The translations under genes were made by a program, and so were the position numbers. From positions 256,001-320,000 of the forward strand of contig CAXBMO010000005.1 of the NCBI GenBank assembly GCA_963977015.1: DNA of 64,000 nucleotides, written 5' to 3'. The DNA comes from an uncultured bacterium. Its GTDB lineage: Bacteria; Verrucomicrobiota; Verrucomicrobiia; Verrucomicrobiales; DEV007. Shown here piece after piece: positions 37,661 through 48,742 of this stretch (positions within the stretch are counted from its first letter, which is position 1; every line of letters begins with the position of its first letter). The notes beneath the pieces are model-generated. The model was not told the origin of the DNA and searched no databases. It was given only the letters and a program-made list of their open reading frames with translations.

Positions 37661-39754
37661 TTACTGAATAAAGAGGAACTCCGGGCTGTTCATGAGGGCC
37701 CATGCCAGATCGCGAATTCCATCATCGCCGTATTCATCCAAAATATCGACGCCCATGGCCTGCTCCTCGTCGGAGGGAAACCGCGACAACATGGTGAAAT
37801 ACACGGCCCGGACCTTGTCCTCCGGAGCATCGAGATCCTCGAGATCTTCAACCACTTTGGAGCCGCTGCCAGTCAGGCGATTGGTAATGGAACCATTCAT
37901 CAATGCCAAAACCTGAGGGACGGAACCATCGTAGATGTGCTCGTCGGTCACCAGGCGATCCGACTGACCAAAGGTATCCAGGAGCGACGCTCCCGGGGCC
38001 GGTTGAATCATCTCGGAAGCTCGAATGAGTTCCAGATTGCCCATTCTCGGAACTTCCGGATCACGGGGTGTCAATTGTCCGGGCTCGTCCACGATACCGG
38101 AGCCCAGCTTGCGGAAGTTGCTCTTCCAGGACTCATAACGCGTGAAGATGTCTTCCATCGACTGCGTATTGAAATCGACGTCCAGAAGCGAGCGCAGGTA
38201 GGAACCATCCCGCCCGCGAACGGTGTCCACCTCCGGACCGTGCGCCAACAACATGAGAGAGTCCCACGCTTGTTCGGCCCGCATCCGGCGCAAAACCGGT
38301 CCCTGGAACGTGTAGGAACGCGCCTGACTGGGTTCTTCAAACGTGGCAATCGACTGATAGGCCCGGGTGTTGTAAAGCGTCCGCATGAATTGACGCAGGT
38401 CGTAGTTCAATCCCTGCATCACTCCGGCAACATATTTGGCGACATCCGCCTGAGCGCTCTCCTTCTCCCACTCAACCGGGAAATCGTTAACCGGCTCAAC
38501 CAACGCGCGACCAAAGGCCCGGCTCCACATGCGGTTCGCGATCACCAGTGAAAATCGGGGATTTTCCGGGCTGGTCAGCCACTCGGCCAGTGCCTCGCGT
38601 CGCGAACGACCACTCATTTTCGCGGGCTTTCCGACCATCGTCTTCGGGCGAAAGATTTCCCCGCCGACATCTTCAACGTTCATGGGAACGGGCATTTCCG
38701 CATCCTCAATATCAGCCAGGTTCCAGCCGAGGAAGTTGAGATAGTAGCGAAACTGCCGAGCCTGCTGCGGGTTTTTCAGATCAATGCCCTGGCTCGAGGC
38801 GTACTGCTCGAAATTCCATTTCCATTTCTCCGGAGCATTCGGCATTTCACCGGCGCCACTTCCCATCATCATGCTTCCCGACGAGCGGAAGGTGGTGAAC
38901 GTCCGTTGGGTTTGACCAAAAAACGCAGCCATTTCATAGAAGTCGTCCATCGTCCAATCATCGAACGGATGGTCGTGGCACTGCGCGCAGGAAATATCGA
39001 TCCCCAGCATCACCTGCCCAAAGTTTGAAAACGCATCGAACTCCATTCCGGCATCCCGCAAAATGAACCCAGCTGCAGGATTGTGTCCCAGGTTGCCGTT
39101 GGCCGTGATCATCTGAGTGACCATCTCATCGTAGTGAACGTTGTTGGCGAGGGACTCTTTCCAATACTGAATGTAAGGCTCGAACCGGACCCCATTCGGA
39201 AAATCGGCGTCTCCATGAAGGCGATACATGTCCGCGAAATAATTGAACATGTGGCTCGCATAACCGGGATGAGTGAGGAGTTCATCGATCAGCGCCTCGC
39301 GTTTGTCGCTACGGGGACTTTCCGCAAATTTCAGGAATTCTTCCCGGGTTGGAATCCTCCCGATGATATCCAAATAAACGCGGCGAACAAACAGGTCGTC
39401 GGGAATCGCTTCGTTGAAGCCTTTGAAGCCTTCTCTCGCCAACGTTTTCGCCAAAAGGCCATCAATCGTTTTGGAAGCCTTCTTCACCTGGATGTCATCC
39501 CCCAGAATCGCAAAACGCTCCGCCGCTTCCTGGTCAGCCTTGGTAAACATTTCCATCGGAACGGGAATCGTTTTTCCATTTGGAAGCTTCAGAAGAATCT
39601 TCCCATCCTCAAGCCCGGCAAATGCCGCAGTGATTTGCTTCTTGTCACTAGCCCGTGTCCATGTTCGACCGAAGGCTGGACCAACAACAATAAAAGTGAG
39701 CGAAGCGAGACAGAAAAGTCGAGCTAACGCAGTGCTACGAACATTAAATTTCAT
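37661..39754 (-). CDS. DUF1549/DUF1553 (PSD1/PSCyt2) protein with N-terminal SHD1-like domain
   Basis: RTWT...I.A.F, RRVYLDIIGRIPT, CAQCHDHP, NRMW..FGR, WALMNSPEF. Confidence 0.92.
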   Translation of the reverse strand: MKFNVRSTALARLFCLASLTFIVVGPAFGRTWTRASDKKQITAAFAGLEDGKILLKLPNGKTIPVPMEMFTKADQEAAERFAILGDDIQVKKASKTIDGLLAKTLAREGFKGFNEAIPDDLFVRRVYLDIIGRIPTREEFLKFAESPRSDKREALIDELLTHPGYASHMFNYFADMYRLHGDADFPNGVRFEPYIQYWKESLANNVHYDEMVTQMITANGNLGHNPAAGFILRDAGMEFDAFSNFGQVMLGIDISCAQCHDHPFDDWTMDDFYEMAAFFGQTQRTFTTFRSSGSMMMGSGAGEMPNAPEKWKWNFEQYASSQGIDLKNPQQARQFRYYLNFLGWNLADIEDAEMPVPMNVEDVGGEIFRPKTMVGKPAKMSGRSRREALAEWLTSPENPRFSLVIANRMWSRAFGRALVEPVNDFPVEWEKESAQADVAKYVAGVMQGLNYDLRQFMRTLYNTRAYQSIATFEEPSQARSYTFQGPVLRRMRAEQAWDSLMLLAHGPEVDTVRGRDGSYLRSLLDVDFNTQSMEDIFTRYESWKSNFRKLGSGIVDEPGQLTPRDPEVPRMGNLELIRASEMIQPAPGASLLDTFGQSDRLVTDEHIYDGSVPQVLALMNGSITNRLTGSGSKVVEDLEDLDAPEDKVRAVYFTMLSRFPSDEEQAMGVDILDEYGDDGIRDLAWALMNSPEFLFIQ

Positions 39755-39915
39755 GCGAATTTGGGATAGTGGTTTTACCGAGGAGCAACGACCTTTCGGT
39801 CGACACTATTCTCATTTTTCAAAATTCTGATTGGTTTACAAAAGAACTGCAAGACCAAAAGGAGCGAAGAAACGATTAACTTCTTACATCAACAAAATAC
39901 TTTTCAGCTTCCTGT

Positions 39916-40668
39916 ATGAGCCTGGATCCACCCCCGAGTTCTCTTCGCAGCAGCTTTCTGGCGGCCATCGATCCAGACCGCCATTTCTATCGGGTTCTCG
40001 ACCACCTTCCCGGCGTGCTCTTTTTCGCGAAGGATGAGAAGGGACGACTCCTTGCCGCCAATCGCGCGTTGCTCCGGCGTTATGGCTTTATGCAGGAAGA
40101 AGAGATTCTCGGGAAAACCGATTTCGACCTGCTTCCCCGAAGTTTGGCCGAGAAGTTCCGCGAAGACGATTTGGAGGTGATGAGCTCCAAGCAACCGATG
40201 CTGGAGATCGTGGAATTGTTCATCAATCGCGAAGGGATTCCCGACTGGTTTCTCACCAACAAGCGCCCCATTTTCGATCGCGACAACAACGTCATCGGCG
40301 TGATGGGCACCATCCAGAACTACGAATCGCACCAAGAGTGGCTGCCTCCGGAAGAGGACATCTCAAGAGCCCTCTCCCACATCCGCCGGCACTTCCACGA
40401 GGATCTTTCCATCAAGGGCTTGGCTGAAAGCTGCGAAATGTCGGTTCGCCAATTTGAGCGGAAGTTTAAGCAGTATCTCAAGACGACTCCGCAGCAGTTC
40501 ATCATGAAAATGCGGGTCCATGCCGCATGTGATCTTCTTCGCAAAACCACCCGTCAAATCGCGGAAATTTCCATCGATCTCGGATTCTATGATCAGAGTT
40601 CATTCACCCGTCACTTCCGCAAACACATGGGCATTACGCCACTCCAATATCGGAAGGAATACCGGTAA
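39916..40668 (+). CDS. AraC-family regulator with PAS domain
   Basis: FFAKDEKGR...GKTDFDL (PAS); MSVRQFERKF...GFYDQSSFTRHFRK (HTH). Confidence 0.93.
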   Translation: MSLDPPPSSLRSSFLAAIDPDRHFYRVLDHLPGVLFFAKDEKGRLLAANRALLRRYGFMQEEEILGKTDFDLLPRSLAEKFREDDLEVMSSKQPMLEIVELFINREGIPDWFLTNKRPIFDRDNNVIGVMGTIQNYESHQEWLPPEEDISRALSHIRRHFHEDLSIKGLAESCEMSVRQFERKFKQYLKTTPQQFIMKMRVHAACDLLRKTTRQIAEISIDLGFYDQSSFTRHFRKHMGITPLQYRKEYR

Positions 40669-40713
40669 ACAGCTTGCAAAGCTCGGTTTGGCCCGGAAAC
40701 TGCGGCTTTTCGC

Positions 40714-42432
40714 ATGAGTTCTCTCTCTTTCGCCGATCTCGGCCTCGATGCCGGATTGGTCACCACGTTGGATTCCCTCGGAATTCGCCAACCCACCCCG
40801 ATTCAAGCACAAGCAATTCCTCTGATTTTGGAGGGAATTGACCTTGTGGGCTTGTCCCAAACCGGTTCCGGCAAGACCGCCGCATTCGGCCTTCCTCTCA
40901 TTCAAAACCTCGACGCCAAGGAGCGCTATGCTCAAGGGCTGATTATCTGCCCGACCCGTGAACTGGCGGTGCAAGTGGGGACCGCGCTGACGGACTTTGC
41001 CCGCAGCAAACCGGGGTTGCGTGGAGCAACGCTCTACGGTGGCGCGGCAATGGACAAGCAGGTTCGCGATTTGAGAGGCGGCGCCCAGGTCATCGTCGGA
41101 ACTCCGGGCCGGGTTCTGGATCACTTGAAACGCGGCACCCTGAAACCCGATCAGATCAAGTATGTGGTGCTGGATGAAGCAGACCGCATGCTCGACATGG
41201 GATTTCGTGAGGAAATGGAGGCGATGCTGGAGCAGCTGCCCGAAGAACGCCAGACCCTCTTCTTCTCCGCCACGATGAACAAGCACGTCGAGCGCTTGAT
41301 CAAAAAATACGGCAAGGAACCGCAAAAGGTGGAGTTCAAGAGCGAAGTCCGCACTGCCGACACCGTCACCCAAGGCTTTTACGATTTGCGTTGGCCTTCC
41401 AAACGCGAAGTGATCTGCCGCCTGCTCGAACTGGAGACCCCGCGGCTCACCATCGTCTTCTGCAACACCAAGAAGACGGTCGACGAATGCAGCGAAGCGC
41501 TTCAGGAACAGGGCTTCCCCGCGGATCGAATCCATGGCGACATGAATCAACCCATGCGCGAACGCGTCATGAACCGCTTTCGCGACGGCCAGATTTCGAT
41601 CCTCATTGCCACCGACGTCGCCGCCCGTGGCCTCGATATCGACAACGTGGATCTGGTGATCAATTTCGATCTTCCCGGCGATCCCGAAGACTATGTCCAC
41701 CGCATTGGCCGGACCGGACGGGCCGGTCGATCCGGTCGCGCCGTCAGCCTCGTCGCCCAGAGGGAGCACCAGAAACTGCGAACGATCGAGCGCTATGCCA
41801 AAATGCAGATCGAGCAGGTCCCTGTTCCCGGTCGCAAGGATTTGGAACGCGGTCGCGCCAAAATGATGCTCGAAACGCTTCGCTCGCAGCTGGGCGAAGA
41901 GGGCGAGACCGAGGCGCTGCCAGATTTTGATGCGCTCGGCGAGGAATTCGACTGGAAGAAAGTTGCCAGCACCCTGTTCGGGCTCTGGTGCGATGCCTCC
42001 ATGCGCGACATCCAACCCATTCCCGAGGATGGCGGAAAATTCAAAGAACGGCGACGCGATGATACCCGCCGAGAGCGTGAACCACGCGATCGCCGGGAAC
42101 GGGACCGAGATCGTGGTCCCCGCCGGGAACGGGATCGCGACCGCGGAGACCGCGACTCCAGGGTCCCCTCCCAAGCCTCACCACCACCACCGGGGAAACG
42201 CCGCGTCTTCATTGGCCTCGGCAAGGTCGAGAAAATCCGGCCCGGCGAACTGATCGGCATGCTCTATAACGAGAGCGGCATTCCCGACGGCGCCATCGGT
42301 CAACTCCATCTTTTCCCACGCCACTCCCTTGTTGATGTGGACGAAGAGTTCGCGGACAAACTCGTCCACGGCAGCAAGAACGCCCGCTTCAGAGGCCGTG
42401 CGATCCGAATTCGGTTCGACGACCGGAGCTAG
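40714..42432 (+). CDS. deaD: DEAD-box RNA helicase with DbpA RNA-binding domain (DeaD/CsdA-like)
   Basis: QTGSGKT, PTRELA, DEAD, SAT, ARGLD, HRIGRTGR; R/D/E-rich linker; C-terminal DbpA domain. Confidence 0.9.
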   Translation: MSSLSFADLGLDAGLVTTLDSLGIRQPTPIQAQAIPLILEGIDLVGLSQTGSGKTAAFGLPLIQNLDAKERYAQGLIICPTRELAVQVGTALTDFARSKPGLRGATLYGGAAMDKQVRDLRGGAQVIVGTPGRVLDHLKRGTLKPDQIKYVVLDEADRMLDMGFREEMEAMLEQLPEERQTLFFSATMNKHVERLIKKYGKEPQKVEFKSEVRTADTVTQGFYDLRWPSKREVICRLLELETPRLTIVFCNTKKTVDECSEALQEQGFPADRIHGDMNQPMRERVMNRFRDGQISILIATDVAARGLDIDNVDLVINFDLPGDPEDYVHRIGRTGRAGRSGRAVSLVAQREHQKLRTIERYAKMQIEQVPVPGRKDLERGRAKMMLETLRSQLGEEGETEALPDFDALGEEFDWKKVASTLFGLWCDASMRDIQPIPEDGGKFKERRRDDTRREREPRDRRERDRDRGPRRERDRDRGDRDSRVPSQASPPPPGKRRVFIGLGKVEKIRPGELIGMLYNESGIPDGAIGQLHLFPRHSLVDVDEEFADKLVHGSKNARFRGRAIRIRFDDRS

Positions 42433-42740
42433 AGGCGATCTCGGCCAAACCTCAAAGCGGCTCACTCCAGGAAGCGCCTCCGAAGCAACCAAGCGAGGAG
42501 GCGCTGAAGCTTCCAGAATGCCCTTTATCATGGCCAGTAATGACGTTCGGGATCTAACAATGATCTTCACCGAACGCCGTAGCTGAGTTGTATAACAGAG
42601 GCACCACGCACTTTGTGATTGCCATCTACAAGCGTTTTTTGTATCACCGATACGAATCGCACTAGGATGCGAACGTTGACGCAAATGGCTCCGCTGAGGC
42701 ATTCGCGGTAACTTGGGCGCACCCCTTAAATCAGTCAGCT

Positions 42741-44984
42741 ATGCAGGCGCAATATCTCTTTTCCACCGGCTTCATCCAACATCGCTGCCTGGCTGGAATG
42801 CTCCTGAGTGCGATTTTGACGGTTCAATTCAGTTGGGGCGAGGACGCTCCGGTTGATCCTGCGTCCCCAACCAGCGAACTGGAGAAACTCAAACAACTCG
42901 ATTTCGACGAACTGGTTCAGGTTCGTGTCGCGACCGTAACCACCGCCTCAAAGCGAGCAGAGAAAGCAACGACCGCTCCCGGAACGGTGATTGTCGTGAC
43001 CCAGCGTGAAATCCAGCTTCGTGGTTACCGTAATCTGATTGATGTGCTGAAGGATTTACCCGGCTTTGAGGTTTCCGACCACTTTTTTACGGAGTTGGGC
43101 GCCCAGGTTTCGATTCGTGGTATTCCCAGCAACAACAAAATCGTCGTCCTGGTCAATGACATGCGCGTCAACCCTCCCGGTGGTGAATACGTCCCCTTTC
43201 GAAGTGATTTCAGCATTCGTACCGCCAAACAAATTGAGATCACCTACGGCCCCGGATCAACCCTCTATGGACAGGATGCGATTAGTGCGGTGATCAATGT
43301 GAAAACCGCAGATGCGCCAGAGCCGGGGGAATCCGATGTTCAAGGCGGCGCGGAAGGCGGATTCCATTCGGAACTCGATGCCTGGTTCTCCTTCGGAAAA
43401 TCGTTCGACACAGCGAAGCCCATTTCCGTGACCGGCTATTTTCAGTATCACGATTCCGATTTATCGCGTCTCGATCGGAAATATCCGCGTTGGTATCAGG
43501 ATTTCCGGGATATCGCCGGGCCGAAGGGAGCCGGGTCGGTATTCGATCGGAATGACTACGGAATCAACGCCTTCGCGAAGCTCGAAGTCGGAAACTTTTC
43601 GCTGCAAACCTGGTTCCGGGAATCGGAACGCAGTAGTTCGGAAGGCTTGGGATCGACCATTCTCTTTTACGTCCCAGAAGCAATCTGGCGGGACCACTCC
43701 TGGGTGACGGAAGCGCGACATGACTGGGAGATCACTGACAAAATCACCCTGACTTCATCCGGAATTTTCAATTGGTATGAGGTCGATCCCGTAAGCCGAT
43801 ACGTGTTTCCACAGGATGAGGAGAATTTCTTTCTCGACGACTACAAATATGCAGACGGCACCAGTTTCTCGATCGAGGAATCCCTGCGGGTGGATTTTAC
43901 GGAGGACTTCACCGCGCTGTTCGGCGGTATTTATACGAGTTATGACATCCTGCCAAAATCAACGATTCCCGGCGGAGCCCGGCCCGGCAGCCATGCCGAC
44001 ATCTTGAAGCAGGGAGGCAATTTTGTATATTACACCGTTCCCGGTGACCCGTCTTCACGTCAGGAAATTTCGCGGGCGGTGGAATCGGAATATGAGCGGT
44101 ATGGCGGGTACGCCGAATTTGGTTGGCAGGCATCCCCCAAGTTGAGATTTCAGGTCGGCGCCAGAGTGGATAAGGACAGCCGAATCAACGATCCATCTTT
44201 CACTCCGCGCGGAGCCGTCATCTACCAGGTAACCGACGAATTGACGGCGAAGTACACCTACTCGGAAGCCTACATTTCTCCAGCGCCGTATTTTGCCTTC
44301 TCCACCTACGACCGGGGCGACATTCTCAACACTTCGAATCCTGACGTGCAGCCAGAGACCTCGAAATCGCATGAATTGAGTTTCAACTACAATAAGGAGA
44401 AACTGGATTTGGGCTTGAGCCTTTACTACGGAGAGCAAAGCAACCTGATCCTGATTTCTGATGTTGGCTCCACACCAAACGTGGTGAACCCGCTGGTATT
44501 TGTGGATTTGGAGGGAACCATGCCGCGCGTGCTGACCCAAACGGTCAACAGTGGCAACAGCCACAATGCCGGGCTGGACTTTTACGGGAAAGCGCATCTG
44601 AATGACCACGTCAGCTCCTGGTTTTCCTATTCCTATACTGACTACGAGCAGGAAACCGCTGGATTTATCTCAGGGCTGCAGGGAATTTCCGCTCACAATT
44701 TTCGACTCGGGCTGACTTGGGAGATTTGCGACAATCTCTATCTGACGCCCAGTCTGGTGGCGCGATCCACTCCGCAAAATATTGACGCAGGGAGCCTGGG
44801 CAGCGAACTGAAGAACCCTTGGGAGATGAATCTCCACCTCCTTTACACCCCAACGGACAATTTCGAAGTTTACGCCGGGATCAGAAACGTAACCAACAAC
44901 CACAACGCCCTAACGGGGTTCCTTCCCTTCGCGGTACCCCAGGAGACTTTTGGGGGCGTTGCCGGATTCCGATTTCGCTTCTAA
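42741..44984 (+). CDS. TonB-dependent receptor-like outer membrane protein
   Basis: Plug domain (VTTASKRAE..APG, IEITYGPGSTLYG.DA..VINV) and beta-barrel ending in FRFRF. Confidence 0.9.
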   Translation: MQAQYLFSTGFIQHRCLAGMLLSAILTVQFSWGEDAPVDPASPTSELEKLKQLDFDELVQVRVATVTTASKRAEKATTAPGTVIVVTQREIQLRGYRNLIDVLKDLPGFEVSDHFFTELGAQVSIRGIPSNNKIVVLVNDMRVNPPGGEYVPFRSDFSIRTAKQIEITYGPGSTLYGQDAISAVINVKTADAPEPGESDVQGGAEGGFHSELDAWFSFGKSFDTAKPISVTGYFQYHDSDLSRLDRKYPRWYQDFRDIAGPKGAGSVFDRNDYGINAFAKLEVGNFSLQTWFRESERSSSEGLGSTILFYVPEAIWRDHSWVTEARHDWEITDKITLTSSGIFNWYEVDPVSRYVFPQDEENFFLDDYKYADGTSFSIEESLRVDFTEDFTALFGGIYTSYDILPKSTIPGGARPGSHADILKQGGNFVYYTVPGDPSSRQEISRAVESEYERYGGYAEFGWQASPKLRFQVGARVDKDSRINDPSFTPRGAVIYQVTDELTAKYTYSEAYISPAPYFAFSTYDRGDILNTSNPDVQPETSKSHELSFNYNKEKLDLGLSLYYGEQSNLILISDVGSTPNVVNPLVFVDLEGTMPRVLTQTVNSGNSHNAGLDFYGKAHLNDHVSSWFSYSYTDYEQETAGFISGLQGISAHNFRLGLTWEICDNLYLTPSLVARSTPQNIDAGSLGSELKNPWEMNLHLLYTPTDNFEVYAGIRNVTNNHNALTGFLPFAVPQETFGGVAGFRFRF

Positions 44985-45004
44985 CCCCCCAAATTTGCGC
45001 ATTC

Positions 45005-45589
45005 GTGGAACGAGAGGCCCCCATCGCTGGTAAGACCACCCCCCCCAAAAAACGTCGAAGACACCATGTCTTGAGCGTCGTTCTCGCGCTGTGTTTGGCC
45101 GGAGCCCCGGAAGCCGCGAGAGCCGCAACGGAGTATGAGCTGAAAGCGATCTATTTGCTCAATTTCGCAAAGAGTTTCGACTGGCCAGAGACAGCGTTTC
45201 CCAAAGCAACCACTCCGTTGGTCGTTGGAGTGCTGGGGAACGACCCATTTGGCAACACGCTTACCCGCGTCTGCCGGGGAGAGACCGCGGGAGGACATGC
45301 CCTACAAGTCCGTACAGCGAAGACCCCGGCAGAGTTGTACGACTGCCACATCGTGTTTGTCAGCAAGTCGGAAGCGAGCCGCACCAACTCCATTGTCTCC
45401 AATTTTTCAGGAAGGCCCATTCTTCTGATTGGAGACTTTTCTCCATTCGCGTCGAAAGGCGGTCATCTCAATTTCATCTTAAAAAGTGGCTCGGTTCGCT
45501 ATGAGTTCAACGCCCACGCCGCCCAGCGAAACGGCCTGAGAATCCCATCGAGAATCCAACGCTCCGGAATACCGGTTTCCGGTCGATAG
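45005..45589 (+). CDS. YfiR family periplasmic protein (start uncertain)
   Basis: EYELKAIYLLNFAK..DWP, VGVLGNDPFG, CHIVF, FA..GG..NF. Confidence 0.88.
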   Translation: MEREAPIAGKTTPPKKRRRHHVLSVVLALCLAGAPEAARAATEYELKAIYLLNFAKSFDWPETAFPKATTPLVVGVLGNDPFGNTLTRVCRGETAGGHALQVRTAKTPAELYDCHIVFVSKSEASRTNSIVSNFSGRPILLIGDFSPFASKGGHLNFILKSGSVRYEFNAHAAQRNGLRIPSRIQRSGIPVSGR

Positions 45590-45606
45590 AGCGACTTCAG
45601 CCCTCG

Positions 45607-48600
45607 ATGAAACGCCTTCGCAATACCCCCATTCGAGGAAAACTAACGTTGATCATGCTGATGACCGCCGGGATCGCCATGCTGATCGCGACCGTGACGT
45701 CAGCCCTGTTTGAGCGAAGGCTATTCTTCAACAATCGCGCGAAATCACTCTCTGCGATTGCGGACGTGGTCGCAGCCAACAGCAACTTTGCGCTCTCAGT
45801 CCAGGATGCGAATGACGCCGAAGCCGTACTGGCGACACTCGAAACTGAACCAGATATTCGCGCATCGGCAATCTACGACAAGGAGGACACTCTGCTTGCC
45901 TCATTCATCCGCAACAGTGCCACGGCGACAGAGCTGCCACCTCAAGCGCCCAAAGATGCGACGCCGCAAATCACCTGGGAGGCGATCGAATTGACCCGCC
46001 CGGTATGGCTGGACAATCAGCGCATCGGAACCATTTACCTGCGCTCTGACACGTTGGGCATCCGCAAAAGGCTCTGGCAACATGGCCAGATTCTCGGGCT
46101 GGTCGCCCTCGGTTCACTCGTCGCCGCATCCATCTTCTCCGCACAACTGCAACGGGTCATTTCCGAACCCATCGTCTCACTGGCCGCCGCGGCGAAACAC
46201 GTAACCGGAGAAAAAGATTACTCAATACGGGTCGATAAACCGGGCGAAGACGAATTGGGCCTGTTAACCGAGGCGTTCAACGAAATGCTCGCCGCGATCG
46301 AAACCCAAAACCGCAGCCTCGAAGATGCGAACGAAAACCTCGAAAACCGGGTCAGGGTCCGCACTGCGGAGCTGAAAAATCGCGAGGAAGAGCTGCGACT
46401 TACCGTATCCGGCGCCAAGATGGGCACCTGGAATTGGGACGTGAACACCGGTCACCTCGTCTGGTCCAAGCGGTGCCGGGAAATCTATGAGTTTCCAGAC
46501 GGCGAATCACCCAGCTTTGAGAAATTCATCGCAATCGTTCATCCCGATGACCGGGCAGCCACCAACAAGGCCCTGAACGCCGCGCTCGAAAGCAAAACCA
46601 CGTTTGAAAGTCAATATCGGGTAAGGTGTTCAGATGACGGCTGCCGATGGGTCGAGGCGCTCGGATTGGCAACGTACGACTCGAACGGTCACCCGAAAGT
46701 CATGCGCGGAGTCGTCCTCGATATAACCGAGCGAAAGCATGCAGAAGAAGCGTTGCGCGAAGCTCGAAATGCCGCGGAAGCCGCCAGCAAAGCCAAGAGT
46801 GAGTTCCTCGCCAACATGAGTCACGAAATTCGCACCCCGATGAATGGCGTCATTGGGATGACCGAATTGCTTCTCAAATCCGACCTTAACACGGCCCAAC
46901 GGGAAAACGCCGAAGTCGTCAAGGATTCCGCCCATTCGCTGCTTCGTGTCCTGAACGACATCCTGGATTTTTCCAAGATCGAAGCCGGCAAATTGGAATT
47001 GGATCCGCATGAGTTCCGACTGCGCGACTCAATCGGCGACACTCTGCAACTGCTGGCGATCCAGGCTTCCGAAAAAAGCCTGGAACTGGCCTATCGAATT
47101 TCAGATGAGGTTCCCGACGTTCTTCACGGCGATCCCGCCCGGTTGCGCCAAATTCTAATCAACCTGGTCGGCAACGCGATCAAGTTTACTGAAACCGGCG
47201 AAGTGGTGGTTCGGGTGAAGCTGGCCGAACAATCCCCGCCCACCAACCCGGTTTTACATTTCAGCGTTCGCGATACCGGGATCGGAGTTCCCCCGGACAA
47301 GCGGGAACATATCTTCGAGTCCTTCACCCAGGCCGATGCATCGACAACCCGGACCCACGGCGGAACCGGTCTGGGCTTGGCGATCTCCCATCAGTTGGTG
47401 AAAATGATGGGTGGGAAAATGTGGATCGAAAGTGAGGAAGGCAAAGGGTCTACGTTCCACTTCACCGCCCGCTTCGCCGCAAAATTGATCGGGGTTCCGA
47501 CAGAGAGGGATCCCGACGAATTGCGAGGACTGCCGGTTCTCGTCGTGGATGACAACGCGACCAATCGCCACATCCTGGAGGAGACGCTCTCCAGTTGGAA
47601 GATGGTTCCCAAAAGCGCTTCCAATGGTTCGGACGCCCTGAAGATGCTGCAGAACAACGGCGAAATCCCCTTGGCCATTCTCGACGTGATGATGCCGGAG
47701 ATGGATGGGCTGGAACTTGGACGCCGGATATTGGAAAATCCCCCTGAACAGAGGCCCAAGTTGGTCTTTCTCTCTTCCGCCGGCCACCTCCCCACCCCGG
47801 AAGCCCTCAAAGATTTTGGCCCGGCGCGTTGTCTGGCCAAACCAGCAAAAGACTCCGATCTGCTCGACGCCATTCTTCAGGCACTTTTTCCGGCCGGGAC
47901 CAGTATTGAACGAAAAGTCTCTCCTTCCCTAGCCTCCCGGAAATTGGAAGTACTTCTGGTAGAGGACGGCCGGGTCAACCAAATGGTGGCCACCCAAATG
48001 CTGGAGGATCGCGGCCATAGTGTGACCTTGGCGAACAACGGAAACCAGGCGGTCCATGCCGTCGAAACCCAGAGATTCGACGCAGTGTTGATGGACATCC
48101 AAATGCCGGAGCTCAATGGCTACGAAGCGACTGCCGCGATTCGTGAGCTTGAAGAAAAGAGCGGCGAACATCTTCCCATCATCGCCATGACTGCTCACGC
48201 AATGGCCGGCGACCGGGAAAAATGTCTCGCAGCCGGGATGGACGATTATCTCTCGAAGCCAATCCAGTCGGCAGATCTCTACCGCGTTTTGGAAGGGCAG
48301 TTCGGCCTCGACGACACCGAATCCATCCCCCCCTCACAAGCCCCCATCTTCGACGCGACCAAGTTTCGCGCGACGCTCAAAAACCCCGACCTGATGCGAG
48401 AGGTTATCGATCTGTTTTTTGAGGATGCCACGGCTTTCCTCGATGCCATTCAAAGCGGTTTGAACCAAGACGACTCGAAAGCGGTTCACGCCGCAGCGCA
48501 CTCATTGAAAGGCCTGGTGGGGAACTACGCCGCCTCTCCGGCCTACAACAAAGCTCTGGCCCTCGATGAACCGGCTCGAGCCGGAAATCTGGAACAAACC

Positions 48601-48684
48601 GAGCAACACCTGGCTGAGCTGCGGGTTGAGATCGACCGGCTGGGAACAGAACTTCGGGAATTCCGAAAAGAGCTCGCCAGCTGA
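45607..48684 (+). CDS. Hybrid sensor histidine kinase (CHASE8-like, HAMP, PAS, HisKA, HATPase, 2x REC, Hpt)
   Basis: FLANMSHEIRTPMN, NLVGNAIKFT, GGTGLGL, two REC domains, AHSLKG. Confidence 0.95.
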   Translation: MKRLRNTPIRGKLTLIMLMTAGIAMLIATVTSALFERRLFFNNRAKSLSAIADVVAANSNFALSVQDANDAEAVLATLETEPDIRASAIYDKEDTLLASFIRNSATATELPPQAPKDATPQITWEAIELTRPVWLDNQRIGTIYLRSDTLGIRKRLWQHGQILGLVALGSLVAASIFSAQLQRVISEPIVSLAAAAKHVTGEKDYSIRVDKPGEDELGLLTEAFNEMLAAIETQNRSLEDANENLENRVRVRTAELKNREEELRLTVSGAKMGTWNWDVNTGHLVWSKRCREIYEFPDGESPSFEKFIAIVHPDDRAATNKALNAALESKTTFESQYRVRCSDDGCRWVEALGLATYDSNGHPKVMRGVVLDITERKHAEEALREARNAAEAASKAKSEFLANMSHEIRTPMNGVIGMTELLLKSDLNTAQRENAEVVKDSAHSLLRVLNDILDFSKIEAGKLELDPHEFRLRDSIGDTLQLLAIQASEKSLELAYRISDEVPDVLHGDPARLRQILINLVGNAIKFTETGEVVVRVKLAEQSPPTNPVLHFSVRDTGIGVPPDKREHIFESFTQADASTTRTHGGTGLGLAISHQLVKMMGGKMWIESEEGKGSTFHFTARFAAKLIGVPTERDPDELRGLPVLVVDDNATNRHILEETLSSWKMVPKSASNGSDALKMLQNNGEIPLAILDVMMPEMDGLELGRRILENPPEQRPKLVFLSSAGHLPTPEALKDFGPARCLAKPAKDSDLLDAILQALFPAGTSIERKVSPSLASRKLEVLLVEDGRVNQMVATQMLEDRGHSVTLANNGNQAVHAVETQRFDAVLMDIQMPELNGYEATAAIRELEEKSGEHLPIIAMTAHAMAGDREKCLAAGMDDYLSKPIQSADLYRVLEGQFGLDDTESIPPSQAPIFDATKFRATLKNPDLMREVIDLFFEDATAFLDAIQSGLNQDDSKAVHAAAHSLKGLVGNYAASPAYNKALALDEPARAGNLEQTEQHLAELRVEIDRLGTELREFRKELAS

Positions 48685-48742
48685 ATTTCGGCTCGCGACA
48701 GTCAAGCAGGCGATCTGTGGTTTGGAAAATTCGGGGAGTCTG

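Noticed and set aside
42473-42505. 9-bp stem after deaD as an ncRNA or REP element
   Set aside because: Single copy, no U-tract and no recognisable family.
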